Assembly (NCBI GenBank): GCA_947627915.1
Contig: CANQXT010000003.1
Coordinates: 1-49,904, forward strand
Direction of reading: 5' to 3'
DNA length: 49,904 bases
Source: an uncultured Bacilli bacterium
Lineage (GTDB): Bacteria; Bacillota_I; Bacilli_A; RF39; UBA660
The translations under genes and the position numbers were made by a program. Below the pieces are notes generated by a model that saw nothing but the letters and a program-made list of their open reading frames with translations, was not told the DNA's origin and made no database searches. Shown one piece after another: positions 30,431 through 39,925 of this stretch (positions are counted from its first letter, which is position 1; the number at the start of each line of letters is the position of its first letter).

Positions 30431-31534
30431 ATGATAAAAAAATTTAGTGTTAAAAATTTTAAAAATTTTAGAGAAGAAATAGTTTTAGATTTTTCTAAAA
30501 TTAGAGATTATGAATTTAATCAATCTTTAATCAAAAATAATCTAGTTAATAAAATGCTTATTTATGGACCAAATAATTCTGGAAAAAGTAATTTAGGTGC
30601 AGCAATAATGGATATTACTACTCATCTTACAGATAACAATGGGATGAATAATATTTTATATGCTTATTATATAAATGGTGATTATATTGATGATGATGTT
30701 GAATTTAAATATGAATTTCTATTTGATAATAAAGATATAACATATGCATATAAAAAAGATTCACAATCAAAACTTTTATTAGAAGAATTATATGAAAATG
30801 ATAAATTGTTATTTAAGTATAATTATAAGAATGATAAATTTGATAATAATATAGAAGAAGCTAAAACAATTGATATATCTAAAAGAACAAATAAAGATAT
30901 GTCAGTATTAAAGTTTATATATAATAATACCTTATATTGGAATGATGATAGTTCAGTTAAAATATTAATGGAATTTGTTAATAATATGTTATGGTTTAGA
31001 AGTTTAAAAACAAATGAATTTATGGGAGTTATGGCAAATACTGAAAATATGAATGATTTTATAATTAATAATAGATTATTAACTGAATTTGAAAAATTTT
31101 TAAAAGAATGTGGTCAAAATTATGATCTATGTGAAATAGACGAAATGGGTAAAAAGTTAATAGGAGTTAAATATAAAAATTGTAAAGCTAGATTTGATGT
31201 AGTAGAATCTACAGGAACAAAATCTTTATTATTATTCTTTTATTGGATGAATAGAACTAAAAATATTTCTTTTATATATTTAGATGAATTTGATGCATTT
31301 TATCACTATGAATTATCAGCTTATATATTAAAATATATGAATAAAAGAACGGAATTTCAATCTGTTTTAACATCTCATAATACTTATTTAATAACAAACG
31401 AATTAATGCGACCAGATTGTTATTGCCTATTAAATAAAGGAAAAATTACTAGTTTTGCAGATAGTACTTCTAAAACTATTAGACAAGCTCATAATTTAGA
31501 AAAAATGATGCTAGGAGGAGAATTTGAAAAGTAA
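30431..31534 (+). CDS. AAA_21 / RloA / AbiLi-like ABC-type ATPase
   Basis: FSVKNFKNF, Walker A YGPNNSGKSN, signature ESTGT, Walker B YLDEFDAFYH, H-loop TSHNT. Confidence 0.88.
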   Translation: MIKKFSVKNFKNFREEIVLDFSKIRDYEFNQSLIKNNLVNKMLIYGPNNSGKSNLGAAIMDITTHLTDNNGMNNILYAYYINGDYIDDDVEFKYEFLFDNKDITYAYKKDSQSKLLLEELYENDKLLFKYNYKNDKFDNNIEEAKTIDISKRTNKDMSVLKFIYNNTLYWNDDSSVKILMEFVNNMLWFRSLKTNEFMGVMANTENMNDFIINNRLLTEFEKFLKECGQNYDLCEIDEMGKKLIGVKYKNCKARFDVVESTGTKSLLLFFYWMNRTKNISFIYLDEFDAFYHYELSAYILKYMNKRTEFQSVLTSHNTYLITNELMRPDCYCLLNKGKITSFADSTSKTIRQAHNLEKMMLGGEFEK

Positions 31535-31583
31535 AATTCTTTTAATAGTTGAAGGAGCGAAAGATGAATTTAGAGAAAATTAA
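31524..31583 (+). pseudogene. Remnant of a TOPRIM/RloB-like partner gene
   Basis: RBS AGGAGG and a TTG start overlapping the ATPase end give MKSKILLIVEGAKDEFREN*. ILLIVEGxxDE is the TOPRIM N-terminal motif. Confidence 0.65.
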
Positions 31584-31585
31584 TA

Positions 31586-31614
31586 TTGACAAGTGTTTGT
31601 GTTACGCATATAAT
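31586..31614 (+). promoter_or_regulatory. Sigma-A promoter with an NrtR-type auto-operator
   Basis: TTGACA-17-TATAAT with AAGTGT-ttgtgtt-ACGCAT, directly upstream of the NrtR-like gene. Confidence 0.75.
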
Positions 31615-31634
31615 TAAATTGAAGGGTAGATAGT

Positions 31635-32312
31635 ATGGAAGTAAATAATAAATTATATAAGAATCAAGGTATTCATGTTATAACATCTATATTTACTGTT
31701 GAACAAGGAACGACAAAGGTATTGTTAATTAAAAGAAAGAATGAACCTTTTTTAGGTAAATGGGTATTAACTGGTGGAGCTTTATATAATAATGAAGATT
31801 TAGAAAATGGGGCTTTAAGGGAAATAAAAGAAAAAACGGGAATTGAGAATATTGAATTAATTCAATCTAAAGCTTATGGTAAATTAGATCGTTCTCCCGT
31901 GATGCGAATGGTTGCTATCAGTTATATTGCTTTAATTGATAGTCAAAGAGTTAATATTTTAAAGAATACGCGAAATACTAGTGATGCTTATTGGTGTCCC
32001 ATAGATAAAGTACCTGCTTTAGGTTTTGATCATAATGAAATATTAAATGATGCCATTAAAGAATTACAAAAACAAATAATAAAAAGTAATATTTTAAAAA
32101 GCTTATTCCCAAATGGAGTAACAATGCCTGAACTTCAAAAAACATATGAAATTATTTTGAATAAAAAGTTTGATCGTCGTAATTTTCGTAAAAAAATATT
32201 AAGTTTAAATTTAATTGATGATACAAACACTACTAATAAATTTGAAGGTAATAAACCAGCCAAAGTATATAAATTTAAAAAGAAAATAGAAGATAAAGAT
32301 ATATTTTTATAA
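31635..32312 (+). CDS. nrtR: NrtR-family regulator (Nudix + winged HTH)
   Basis: VLLIKRKNEPFLGKWVLTGG...ALREIKEKTG, DRSP..R, LGFDHNEI, TMPELQKTYE, DRRNFRKK and KPAKVYKF. Confidence 0.85.
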   Translation: MEVNNKLYKNQGIHVITSIFTVEQGTTKVLLIKRKNEPFLGKWVLTGGALYNNEDLENGALREIKEKTGIENIELIQSKAYGKLDRSPVMRMVAISYIALIDSQRVNILKNTRNTSDAYWCPIDKVPALGFDHNEILNDAIKELQKQIIKSNILKSLFPNGVTMPELQKTYEIILNKKFDRRNFRKKILSLNLIDDTNTTNKFEGNKPAKVYKFKKKIEDKDIFL

Positions 32313-32335
32313 TATATTTTTATTATAAAATAGAT

Positions 32336-32354
32336 AAGTGTAAATAAGACACAA
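32336..32354 (+). promoter_or_regulatory. NrtR-type operator upstream of the histidine phosphatase gene
   Basis: AAGTGT-aaataag-ACACAA (GT-N7-AC dyad) immediately before the RBS. Confidence 0.6.
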
Positions 32355-32368
32355 GAGAGGGGAATAAA

Positions 32369-32926
32369 ATGATATATGCAATAAGACATGGTCAAGATGA
32401 TGAAAGATTTATTGGTGGATGGAGTAATGGTAAACTGACTAGAAATGGCATAAATGATGTTAAGTTTGCTAGTTTATGGATTAGAGATAATTTAAATATT
32501 AGTAATATCATATCTAGTGATATAAGAAGAGCTAAAGAAACATCCCAAATTATTAATGGATATTTAAAAGTACCACTACAATATAATGAGATATTAAGAG
32601 AGCAAAATAAAGGTTTATTAAATGGTTTAGATATTAATATAGCTAAAAAAACATATCAAAATTTTTTAAATAATATAGGTATTGATACTGTATATCCCAA
32701 TGGTGAATCTTTAAGAGATTTATATAGGAGAATAATTAATAATTTAAATTATTTCGAAATGATAAGTGATAATACATTACTTGTTACACATCGAGGTGTT
32801 ATTAATATGTTATATTATATTTTAAATAATAAAGAATTAGATATGGATAAAAGTCAATTTGGGGTATCAACATCATCAATTCATGAAATAGATTTTAAAA
32901 ATAAATTAATAAGAAAGGTAAGATAA
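32369..32926 (+). CDS. Histidine phosphatase family protein
   Basis: IRHG, SSDIRRAKET, LREQNKG, PNGES and LLVTHRG. Confidence 0.92.
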   Translation: MIYAIRHGQDDERFIGGWSNGKLTRNGINDVKFASLWIRDNLNISNIISSDIRRAKETSQIINGYLKVPLQYNEILREQNKGLLNGLDINIAKKTYQNFLNNIGIDTVYPNGESLRDLYRRIINNLNYFEMISDNTLLVTHRGVINMLYYILNNKELDMDKSQFGVSTSSIHEIDFKNKLIRKVR

Positions 32927-32927
32927 A

Positions 32928-34001
32928 ATGATTAAAAAAATAGTATTGACTGGTGGACCTGGATCAGGTAAAACAGAAACAATTAAGTATTTAGATAGAT
33001 ATTATAAAGATTTAGGATATAATGTTATTTTAATTGAAGAAAGTGCTACTTATTTAATTAATAAAGGAATTAAACCTTTTGGGGATAACGCTTTAAAAAT
33101 GAATGATTTTGAAGAATTAATATTAAAAATGCAATTTAATAATGAAGATATTATTAATAGATGGCTTAAAATGTTAAAAATAGATAATACTTTAATTATA
33201 TGTGATCGAAGTGTTATTGATCCTTTATCTTTTATGGATTTAAAAGATTATCAAGAGATTTTAAATAAACATTTAAATATTCAAAATAATTATTTAGAAT
33301 TGTTAAATAGATATGATTTAGTCATTAATTTAGTTGGTAGTAAAGAATACTATACTAAAGAAAATAATAAAGCGAGAACAGAAAGTGCTTCAGAAGCTTT
33401 AGAAAAAGGAATTAAAAATTTACAATTTTATTTAGGACATAATAATTTACATATCGTCTTACCACAAAAAACAATTGAAGAAAAAGCAAATTTAGTTATT
33501 AATATAATTAATAATAATTTACAAGATTATCGCGAAAAAAGACAAGAAAAATATTTAATTAATATAGAAAATTCTGATTTAAATAAATTACAAAGTATTA
33601 GTAAAAAAATGCATATTACTCAAGATTATCTAGTAAATGAATATAATTATGAAGAAAGAATAAGAAAAGTAGAATATCAAGATAATATTATTTATTATCA
33701 TAGTGTATATAAACTAGAAGATAACAATATTATTAAGATATTAGAAGAAGAAATAAAATTAGATAAATATTTAGAATTATTAAAAAGAAAAGATAATAAT
33801 TATAATACTATTGAAAAAGATCGTTATTATTTTACTTATGAAGATGAATATTTATATTTAGATGTACTTGATAATTTAAGTATTTTAGAAATAAATGGTT
33901 TAGAAGATTACTATGTTAAAATACCACCATATTTAGAAGTCTTAAAAAAAGTAACTGATGATAAAAATTATTATAATAAATGTTTAGCAAGAAGAAAATA
34001 A
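32928..34001 (+). CDS. AAA_28 (NadR-like P-loop kinase) + CYTH-like fusion protein
   Basis: IVLTGGPGSGKT, ICDRS and NNKARTE; C-terminal EKYLI, ITQDYL, RIRK, IEKDRYYF and ILEI. Confidence 0.8.
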   Translation: MIKKIVLTGGPGSGKTETIKYLDRYYKDLGYNVILIEESATYLINKGIKPFGDNALKMNDFEELILKMQFNNEDIINRWLKMLKIDNTLIICDRSVIDPLSFMDLKDYQEILNKHLNIQNNYLELLNRYDLVINLVGSKEYYTKENNKARTESASEALEKGIKNLQFYLGHNNLHIVLPQKTIEEKANLVINIINNNLQDYREKRQEKYLINIENSDLNKLQSISKKMHITQDYLVNEYNYEERIRKVEYQDNIIYYHSVYKLEDNNIIKILEEEIKLDKYLELLKRKDNNYNTIEKDRYYFTYEDEYLYLDVLDNLSILEINGLEDYYVKIPPYLEVLKKVTDDKNYYNKCLARRK

Positions 34002-34008
34002 AAAAGTA

Positions 34009-34039
34009 TTGACTTTACCCTTAGGTAATAGTTTATACT
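34009..34039 (+). promoter_or_regulatory. MerR-type promoter (19-bp spacer containing a dyad)
   Basis: TTGACT-19-TATACT with the inverted repeat TTACC-ctta-GGTAA in the spacer. Confidence 0.8.
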
Positions 34040-34059
34040 TTTTTTGCGTGGGTGATAAT

Positions 34060-34683
34060 ATGTTTATAAATGAAGTAGAAAATATAGTAGGTCTTTCTAA
34101 AAAGAGTATTCGTTATTATGAAGAAAATGGTTTGTTAAATCCTAAAAGGAAGGAAAATAGTAAATATAGAATTTATAGTGAAGATGATATTAGAAAATTA
34201 AAAACAATTAAATTTTTAAGAGAGTTAGATGTATCTATAAGAGAATTAAAATTATTAAATGATCAAGAAATTACTTTAAAAGAATGTTTAGAAGATAAAA
34301 TAATAAAAATAGAAAAAGAAGAAGAAAATTATCATAGTATTAAAGATATGTGTAAAGAAATAATATTAAATGAAGATGATTTTGATAATATTGATATAAA
34401 TAAATATTTTCAAAAGATAAAAGTGTTAAATAAGGAGGGATTTACGATGAATAAAAAATCAACAGATAAAGGTCGACAAATAATGGGAGCTATACTGGCT
34501 ACTTTACCTTTTTATTTAGTATTTATTTTAATATTAATAGGATTTATATATAGTTTTAAAAATATAGGAGTATTATTATTAAGCATTATCATTTTATTAT
34601 TTATTATTGCAATTACAGTTAATTTAATAAATAGAATTAAAGAAATTTTAGGAGGTGAAGAAGATGAAGCTAGTAAATATTGA
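34060..34683 (+). CDS. MerR-family transcriptional regulator with C-terminal TM helices
   Basis: Start moved to the ATG at 34060. MFINEVENIVGLSKKSIRYYEENGLLNP..YRIYSEDD HTH, then two TM helices and RIKEILGGEEDEASKY. Confidence 0.9.
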   Translation: MFINEVENIVGLSKKSIRYYEENGLLNPKRKENSKYRIYSEDDIRKLKTIKFLRELDVSIRELKLLNDQEITLKECLEDKIIKIEKEEENYHSIKDMCKEIILNEDDFDNIDINKYFQKIKVLNKEGFTMNKKSTDKGRQIMGAILATLPFYLVFILILIGFIYSFKNIGVLLLSIIILLFIIAITVNLINRIKEILGGEEDEASKY

Positions 34684-34993
34684 TTATATTCCTAATTATG
34701 AAATAGTGGAAGTTTTAGGACTTGTTAAAGGGCAAATTGTTCAATCTAAAAATTTAGGAAGAGATTTTATGGCTGGACTTAAGACAATAGTTGGTGGTGA
34801 AATAGTAGGATACACTGATATGATTAAAAAAGCTAGACAAATAGCTACTAAAAGAATGGTTGACGAAGCTGAAAGTTTAGGAGCAGATGCAATTATTAAT
34901 ATTAGATATGGTTCATCATCAGTTATGAGTGGTGCAGCTGAAATAATTGCTTATGGAACAGCAGTTAAATTAAAGAAAGTAGAAAATAAATAA
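34664..34993 (+). CDS. YbjQ / UPF0145 family protein
   Basis: LGLVKG, RDFMAGLKTIVGGEI, LGADAIINIR and AYGTAVK. ATG at 34664 follows GGAGGTG. Confidence 0.93.
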   Translation: MKLVNIDYIPNYEIVEVLGLVKGQIVQSKNLGRDFMAGLKTIVGGEIVGYTDMIKKARQIATKRMVDEAESLGADAIINIRYGSSSVMSGAAEIIAYGTAVKLKKVENK

Positions 34994-35170
34994 AATCTAC
35001 TTTTTTTAATACTTACAATAATTTAAATTTAATTTTGTCAAAAGTCTCAAAAAGTCGCAAAAAGAGTGTCAATTTTTGTTATTTTATGTTATACTTAACT
35101 AAAATAGACGAGATAATAAATAATCTATTTACTATTTTGAAAATGATGATAAAAGAGGAGGTATTTTATT

Positions 35171-36403
35171 ATGGGTTTTATTAAAGCATTTTCAGGTGCA
35201 ATTAGTGGCACTTTCGCTAACGAATGGCAAGATTTTTATAAGCCAAGAGCAAATGTTCCAGCAACGGCTGGTTTATTCCAAGCTATTCCAAGCAGTCAAA
35301 ATAATGGTGTAGGTGAAAACTACAAAGGTAATGAAAACATTATTAGTAATGGTAGTAAGATTATAGTTCCTGAAGGAACTGCATTAATTACTATTCAAGA
35401 TGGAGCAATTACAGGTTTTATTGCTGAACCAGGTGGATTTGAATTTAGATCAGATGATCCAAATAGTCAATCTTTCTTTGCTGGTGATGGTATATTTTCA
35501 TCAACTCTTAAAGCTACTTGGGAAAAAGTAAAATTTGGTGGTCAACCAGGTAGTCAACAATTAGCATTCTATGTTAATTTAAAAGAAATACCAAATAATA
35601 GATTTGGTACTCAATCTGAAATATATTGGGATGATGCCTTTTTTGGAACTCAAGTTGGAGCAGTTACAAGAGGAACTTATACATTAAAAATAGTTGATCC
35701 TTTATTATTTGTTAAAAATTTTGTACCAACAAAATATTTACAACCAAATGCGCCAATATTTGATTTTGCTGATATGGATAATGATGCTGGTGCCCAATTA
35801 TTTAATGAAGTAGTAGGATGTTTATCTGCAGCATTCTCTAATTATACTAATGATCCTAGTAAAGGTAATAGAATTTCTAAGATTCAAGGTGATCAATTAG
35901 GATTTGCTCAAAGTTTATCTACTGCAGTAGAAGATGCTTATCAATGGAAAAGTAATCGTGGTTTAGAAATAGTTAAAACAGCTATTCTTGCAATTGAATA
36001 CGATGAAGATACTAAAGAATTAATGAAAAATGTTAAAGCTGCTGATGCTTTATCTGGTGCAAGAGGAAATGCTTTTATGCAACAATCTATTGCCAGAGGT
36101 ATGGAAGCTGCTGGTAATAATGGTGGTGGAGCTGGTATGGCCTTTATGGGTATGGGAATGAATGCTTCAAATAATGTCATGGGAGCAATGCAACAACCTC
36201 AAACTCAATCTTCATACCAACCTGCATTTAATCAACAACCAGTTCAACAAACAACTCAACCAATGGATCAATCAGTTCAACCTCAACAAGTTAATACTCA
36301 AGATCCAATGGTAGTTTTAACGGAAAAGAAAAAATTATTAGATGCAGGATTAATAACTCAAGAAGACTATGATAAAATAAAAGCTCAATTATTAGGAATA
36401 TAA
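35171..36403 (+). CDS. SPFH-domain protein with a Q-rich linker and C-terminal SHOCT-like domain
   Basis: NIISNGSKIIVPEG, VNLKEIPNNRFGT and KKKLLDAGLITQEDYDKIKAQLLGI. Confidence 0.85.
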   Translation: MGFIKAFSGAISGTFANEWQDFYKPRANVPATAGLFQAIPSSQNNGVGENYKGNENIISNGSKIIVPEGTALITIQDGAITGFIAEPGGFEFRSDDPNSQSFFAGDGIFSSTLKATWEKVKFGGQPGSQQLAFYVNLKEIPNNRFGTQSEIYWDDAFFGTQVGAVTRGTYTLKIVDPLLFVKNFVPTKYLQPNAPIFDFADMDNDAGAQLFNEVVGCLSAAFSNYTNDPSKGNRISKIQGDQLGFAQSLSTAVEDAYQWKSNRGLEIVKTAILAIEYDEDTKELMKNVKAADALSGARGNAFMQQSIARGMEAAGNNGGGAGMAFMGMGMNASNNVMGAMQQPQTQSSYQPAFNQQPVQQTTQPMDQSVQPQQVNTQDPMVVLTEKKKLLDAGLITQEDYDKIKAQLLGI

Positions 36404-36404
36404 C

Positions 36405-37826
36405 ATGCAAAACGATAATAATGCAAATGTTATGCCAAATACCAATAATGATAATGTAACAGTTGTTAAAACGGATATTGGAGCTAAAGATGGACAACAA
36501 AAATGTCCCAAATGTGGTAGTACGGATATTTCTACCAATACTAATAGTGGTAAATTAAGATGTAATTACTGTCGTTATGAATTTGAGGCTGAAAAAATTT
36601 CCGGAATGGTAGAAGATTTAACTCGATTACAAGGGCAAGTAGTTGGATCTGGAGCTACAGATATAGTTGCGGATACTAATGATTTTGTTACTTTTAAATG
36701 TTCTAGTTGTGGAGCAGAAGTAGTAGTAGATACTGCTTCTTCCGCTCAAGCTAGATGTCACTGGTGTCGAAATACTTTATCAGTTAATCAACAAATACCT
36801 AATGGTAGTATTCCCGATGTTGTTTTACCATTTCATATAGGTAAAGATGAAGCAAAAACTATAATCGAAAAATTTGTTGGTAAACGTAAGTTTTTTGCAA
36901 ATCCCAAATTTAAGATGGAATTTACGACTGAAAATATAATGGGTGTTTACTTTCCCTATATGTTAGTAGATTTAAATGCACATGCTAATTTATCTGGTGA
37001 AGGAGAATGCCAAACTAGAATGTATACTAGAAGTAATGGTAATAGTCAAACTACTTATTATGATGCTGATTTATATCATGTGGAAAGAGATTTTGATATA
37101 ACTATTAATGGTCTTTCCATTGAATCTAGTTTAGATAAATTAGATAATAATTCTTTAAATAATACAAATAATGTTATAAATGCTATTATGCCTTTTGATG
37201 TAGAAAATAGTGTTAAATTTAATGCTAATTATTTAAAAGGTTATACTTCCGAAAAAAGAGATACAAATATTGAACAACTAAGACCATTAATGCTTGCTGA
37301 AGCTAAAGATATTTCTAGATATGCTGCTAATGATACTCTTCAAGCTTATGATAGAGGTGTTTGCTGGTCTCATGAACAATTAGATGTTAAAGGTGAACAA
37401 TGGAAGTCAGCTTATTTACCTGTCTGGCTTTATAGTTATCAACAAGTAAATGGGGATAAAAAATTACTACATTATGTTGCAGTCAATGCTCGAACAAATG
37501 AAGTTATGGGAAGTGTTCCAATTCATATGCCTAAATTATTGGGAATGTCTTTTTTAGTCGAAGTTTTAGGCTTTTTAGCAATGCTTTTTTTGGACTTTGA
37601 TTATGATTTCCTTTTCTTATTATCAGGTATAATCTTCTTTATGTTTATATTTTTTAAGTATCGTAATAGTAATGCAAGACATACTTATGAACTAGAAACA
37701 AAAAGAAATATGACTAATTTACAAAATGTAGATCGATATGTTGAATCAAGAAGAGGACTTACTAATGCAACAATGAGTGGTGCTAATAATAAAAATGTTG
37801 CTGGATATAAAAAACAAGTAAAATAA
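36405..37826 (+). CDS. Zinc-ribbon-containing membrane protein (usual partner of this SPFH family)
   Basis: CPKCG, CNYC, CSSCGA, CHWC, PDVVLPF, YLPVWL, VNARTNEVMGSVP and C-terminal TM segments. Confidence 0.85.
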   Translation: MQNDNNANVMPNTNNDNVTVVKTDIGAKDGQQKCPKCGSTDISTNTNSGKLRCNYCRYEFEAEKISGMVEDLTRLQGQVVGSGATDIVADTNDFVTFKCSSCGAEVVVDTASSAQARCHWCRNTLSVNQQIPNGSIPDVVLPFHIGKDEAKTIIEKFVGKRKFFANPKFKMEFTTENIMGVYFPYMLVDLNAHANLSGEGECQTRMYTRSNGNSQTTYYDADLYHVERDFDITINGLSIESSLDKLDNNSLNNTNNVINAIMPFDVENSVKFNANYLKGYTSEKRDTNIEQLRPLMLAEAKDISRYAANDTLQAYDRGVCWSHEQLDVKGEQWKSAYLPVWLYSYQQVNGDKKLLHYVAVNARTNEVMGSVPIHMPKLLGMSFLVEVLGFLAMLFLDFDYDFLFLLSGIIFFMFIFFKYRNSNARHTYELETKRNMTNLQNVDRYVESRRGLTNATMSGANNKNVAGYKKQVK

Positions 37827-37858
37827 TTAATATAAATAATTGAATAAGGAGAAAAAAT

Positions 37859-38638
37859 ATGAAAAATGTAAATACAAATAAACAAACAAATAAACAAACA
37901 AATAAAAATAAGAATGTTATAATTATAACAATTTGTGCAGTTTTAGTAATTCTTTTAATTGTTGTATTCTTTATTATAAATAATAATAATAAAGATAAAA
38001 ATATAGATAATAATAATGATAATAATGCTCAAGTTAATGATGATAACCAAAACAATCAAGATAATCAAAATAATGATAAAACAGAAAATACTAAAAAAGA
38101 ATTTGATGATGACATTATCATAAATAAAATGACTATTAATGGTGTTAAATTATCAGATATTACTACTATAGATGATGTATTAACAAAATTAAATGCTAGA
38201 GGTAGTTTTGTTACTTTATGTTATACTGATGAAGCTGAAAATGGATGTAGAGGAACAGCTGATTATGCCTCAGAATTTACAACAGGAAACTTTGATGATA
38301 AAGATTTAGTTAATGTTATTATATACTTTAAATTAGCTGATAATAAATCTTTAGAATTTGCTACAAAATATAGTATTTATAAAAAACAAAAAAATGATAC
38401 TCCATACTTTGAACTTGCTTCTTTAGAAAAAGAATTATTAAAATTAGATAATACTTATATTGAAAATTGGACAAATAAAAATATCCAAAATAAATATAGT
38501 TTAGATTATGCAAGATTTACTGATTATGGATATAAATATACATTTAATAGTAAAGATGGCGATAAATTTATATTTGATGGAACATATAGTTCATCACATT
38601 GGTCTTTAAGAAATGATAGTTTAGCTACAAGAAACTAA
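37859..38638 (+). CDS. Membrane-anchored hypothetical protein with an N/D/Q-rich linker
   Basis: RBS AGGAG, one TM segment and a low-complexity stalk. Confidence 0.75.
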   Translation: MKNVNTNKQTNKQTNKNKNVIIITICAVLVILLIVVFFIINNNNKDKNIDNNNDNNAQVNDDNQNNQDNQNNDKTENTKKEFDDDIIINKMTINGVKLSDITTIDDVLTKLNARGSFVTLCYTDEAENGCRGTADYASEFTTGNFDDKDLVNVIIYFKLADNKSLEFATKYSIYKKQKNDTPYFELASLEKELLKLDNTYIENWTNKNIQNKYSLDYARFTDYGYKYTFNSKDGDKFIFDGTYSSSHWSLRNDSLATRN

Positions 38639-38706
38639 GAAATATTTTATTAAAAAAGGAGTTATTTTAGTTTAAAAAATATAAACTAAAGAAGGAAGTA
38701 AATTTT

Positions 38707-39123
38707 ATGTTTTGTCCTAATTGTGGTACTAACTTACCTGATAATGCTGAATTTTGTTCTAATTGTGGTACTAATTTAAATAATTATAAAACGATACCTA
38801 ATTTAAATGAAAATAAAAAAATAAATAATCATAAAATAAAAGATTTTATAATTAAATATAAAAAAATTATATGTATATGTATCATAGTTTTTATAATATT
38901 ATTTATAGGGGTATTTTCTTTTAATAAGTTATATGATTATACAAAGATAGATTGGGATAAAAACTATGGGGATATAAATGTAACTCGAAATAAATTTAGT
39001 AAATTTACTATTGATTATACGGCTTGGGTTAATGAATATAATTATACATTTACTTATGGAGAAGATAAGAATGGTAATCCAAAAGAAGTATCATTAGAAA
39101 TAGAGCAACCAATAATTGAATAA
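38707..39123 (+). CDS. Zinc-ribbon + TM protein with a short extracellular part
   Basis: MFCPNCG..FCSNCG and one TM segment. Confidence 0.75.
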   Translation: MFCPNCGTNLPDNAEFCSNCGTNLNNYKTIPNLNENKKINNHKIKDFIIKYKKIICICIIVFIILFIGVFSFNKLYDYTKIDWDKNYGDINVTRNKFSKFTIDYTAWVNEYNYTFTYGEDKNGNPKEVSLEIEQPIIE

Positions 39124-39139
39124 TATATGGGAGGTATAT

Positions 39140-39706
39140 ATGAAAGAAAGAGAAATATTTAAAATACTAACAAGTATACCAGTAATATTAATTGTTTTAT
39201 ATTTTATTCCCTTTTTAGGTGTTTGTTTAATTATATTTCGTTATTTTATATATAAGAATAAATATTATAAATTACCACTTACTTTAGTAATATGTGGTAT
39301 ATTAATTATTATACCTAATATAGTAAATAGTATTTTAAAATCTTTTAAAATAAATAGTTTAGAAAATTTAATTACTTTAGATATTTATCAAAAATTAGTT
39401 CCTTATAGTAAAAGATTAATTACTGTTGGTATAATATTTTTAATAATATCTTATATAGTTAAAATTATTTATAATAAAGTTAGTAATAAGCTTACAAATG
39501 AATTTAAAAATTATATTCAAAAAGAAGAACAAAGAAGTGCTGAAATATCTGCTAAAAATGATTTAATAATGAAAGAAAAAAGAGAAAAAGCCCAAAATAC
39601 ACATGTTGTTTATTGTCCATATTGTGGTTCTGATAATATGATTACTGGTAGTGTAGGAACTTGTAAATATTGTCGTAGAAAAATTGAATATAAAGGAGAA
39701 AAATAA
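39140..39706 (+). CDS. Membrane protein with a C-terminal zinc ribbon
   Basis: ATG at 39140 follows GGAGGT. Three TM segments, then CPYCG...CKYC. Confidence 0.8.
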   Translation: MKEREIFKILTSIPVILIVLYFIPFLGVCLIIFRYFIYKNKYYKLPLTLVICGILIIIPNIVNSILKSFKINSLENLITLDIYQKLVPYSKRLITVGIIFLIISYIVKIIYNKVSNKLTNEFKNYIQKEEQRSAEISAKNDLIMKEKREKAQNTHVVYCPYCGSDNMITGSVGTCKYCRRKIEYKGEK

Positions 39707-39799
39707 AGATGGATAATAATATAAAATCACTAAATTAAAATAGTATAAATTATATATATTTATCCATAATAATAATGGTAGAGGTTTTACTCTACGAAG

Positions 39800-39826
39800 A
39801 AAGGACACGATTAATGTGTCCTTTTC
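39800..39826 (+). terminator. Intrinsic terminator
   Basis: AAAGGACAC-gattaat-GTGTCCTTT. Confidence 0.7.
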
Positions 39827-39837
39827 TATAATTGATA

Positions 39838-39867
39838 TTGACATAACATATGTTCGTTTGATATAGT
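39838..39867 (+). promoter_or_regulatory. uvrA promoter with a LexA (Cheo/SOS) box
   Basis: TTGACA at 39838 and extended -10 TGaTATAGT. ATAACATATGTTCG at 39843-39856 is close to the Firmicutes consensus CGAACRNRYGTTCG. Confidence 0.8.
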
Positions 39868-39925
39868 AATATTACTTGAAATTTTATAAAAAAGTATTAA
39901 AATAAAAAAGAAGTTGGTGATAATA

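Noticed and set aside
37874-37909. ACAAATAAACAA x~3 at the start of a membrane-protein gene as a phase-variation tract
   Set aside because: The 12-bp unit preserves the frame and the copy number is low; more likely low-complexity sequence.
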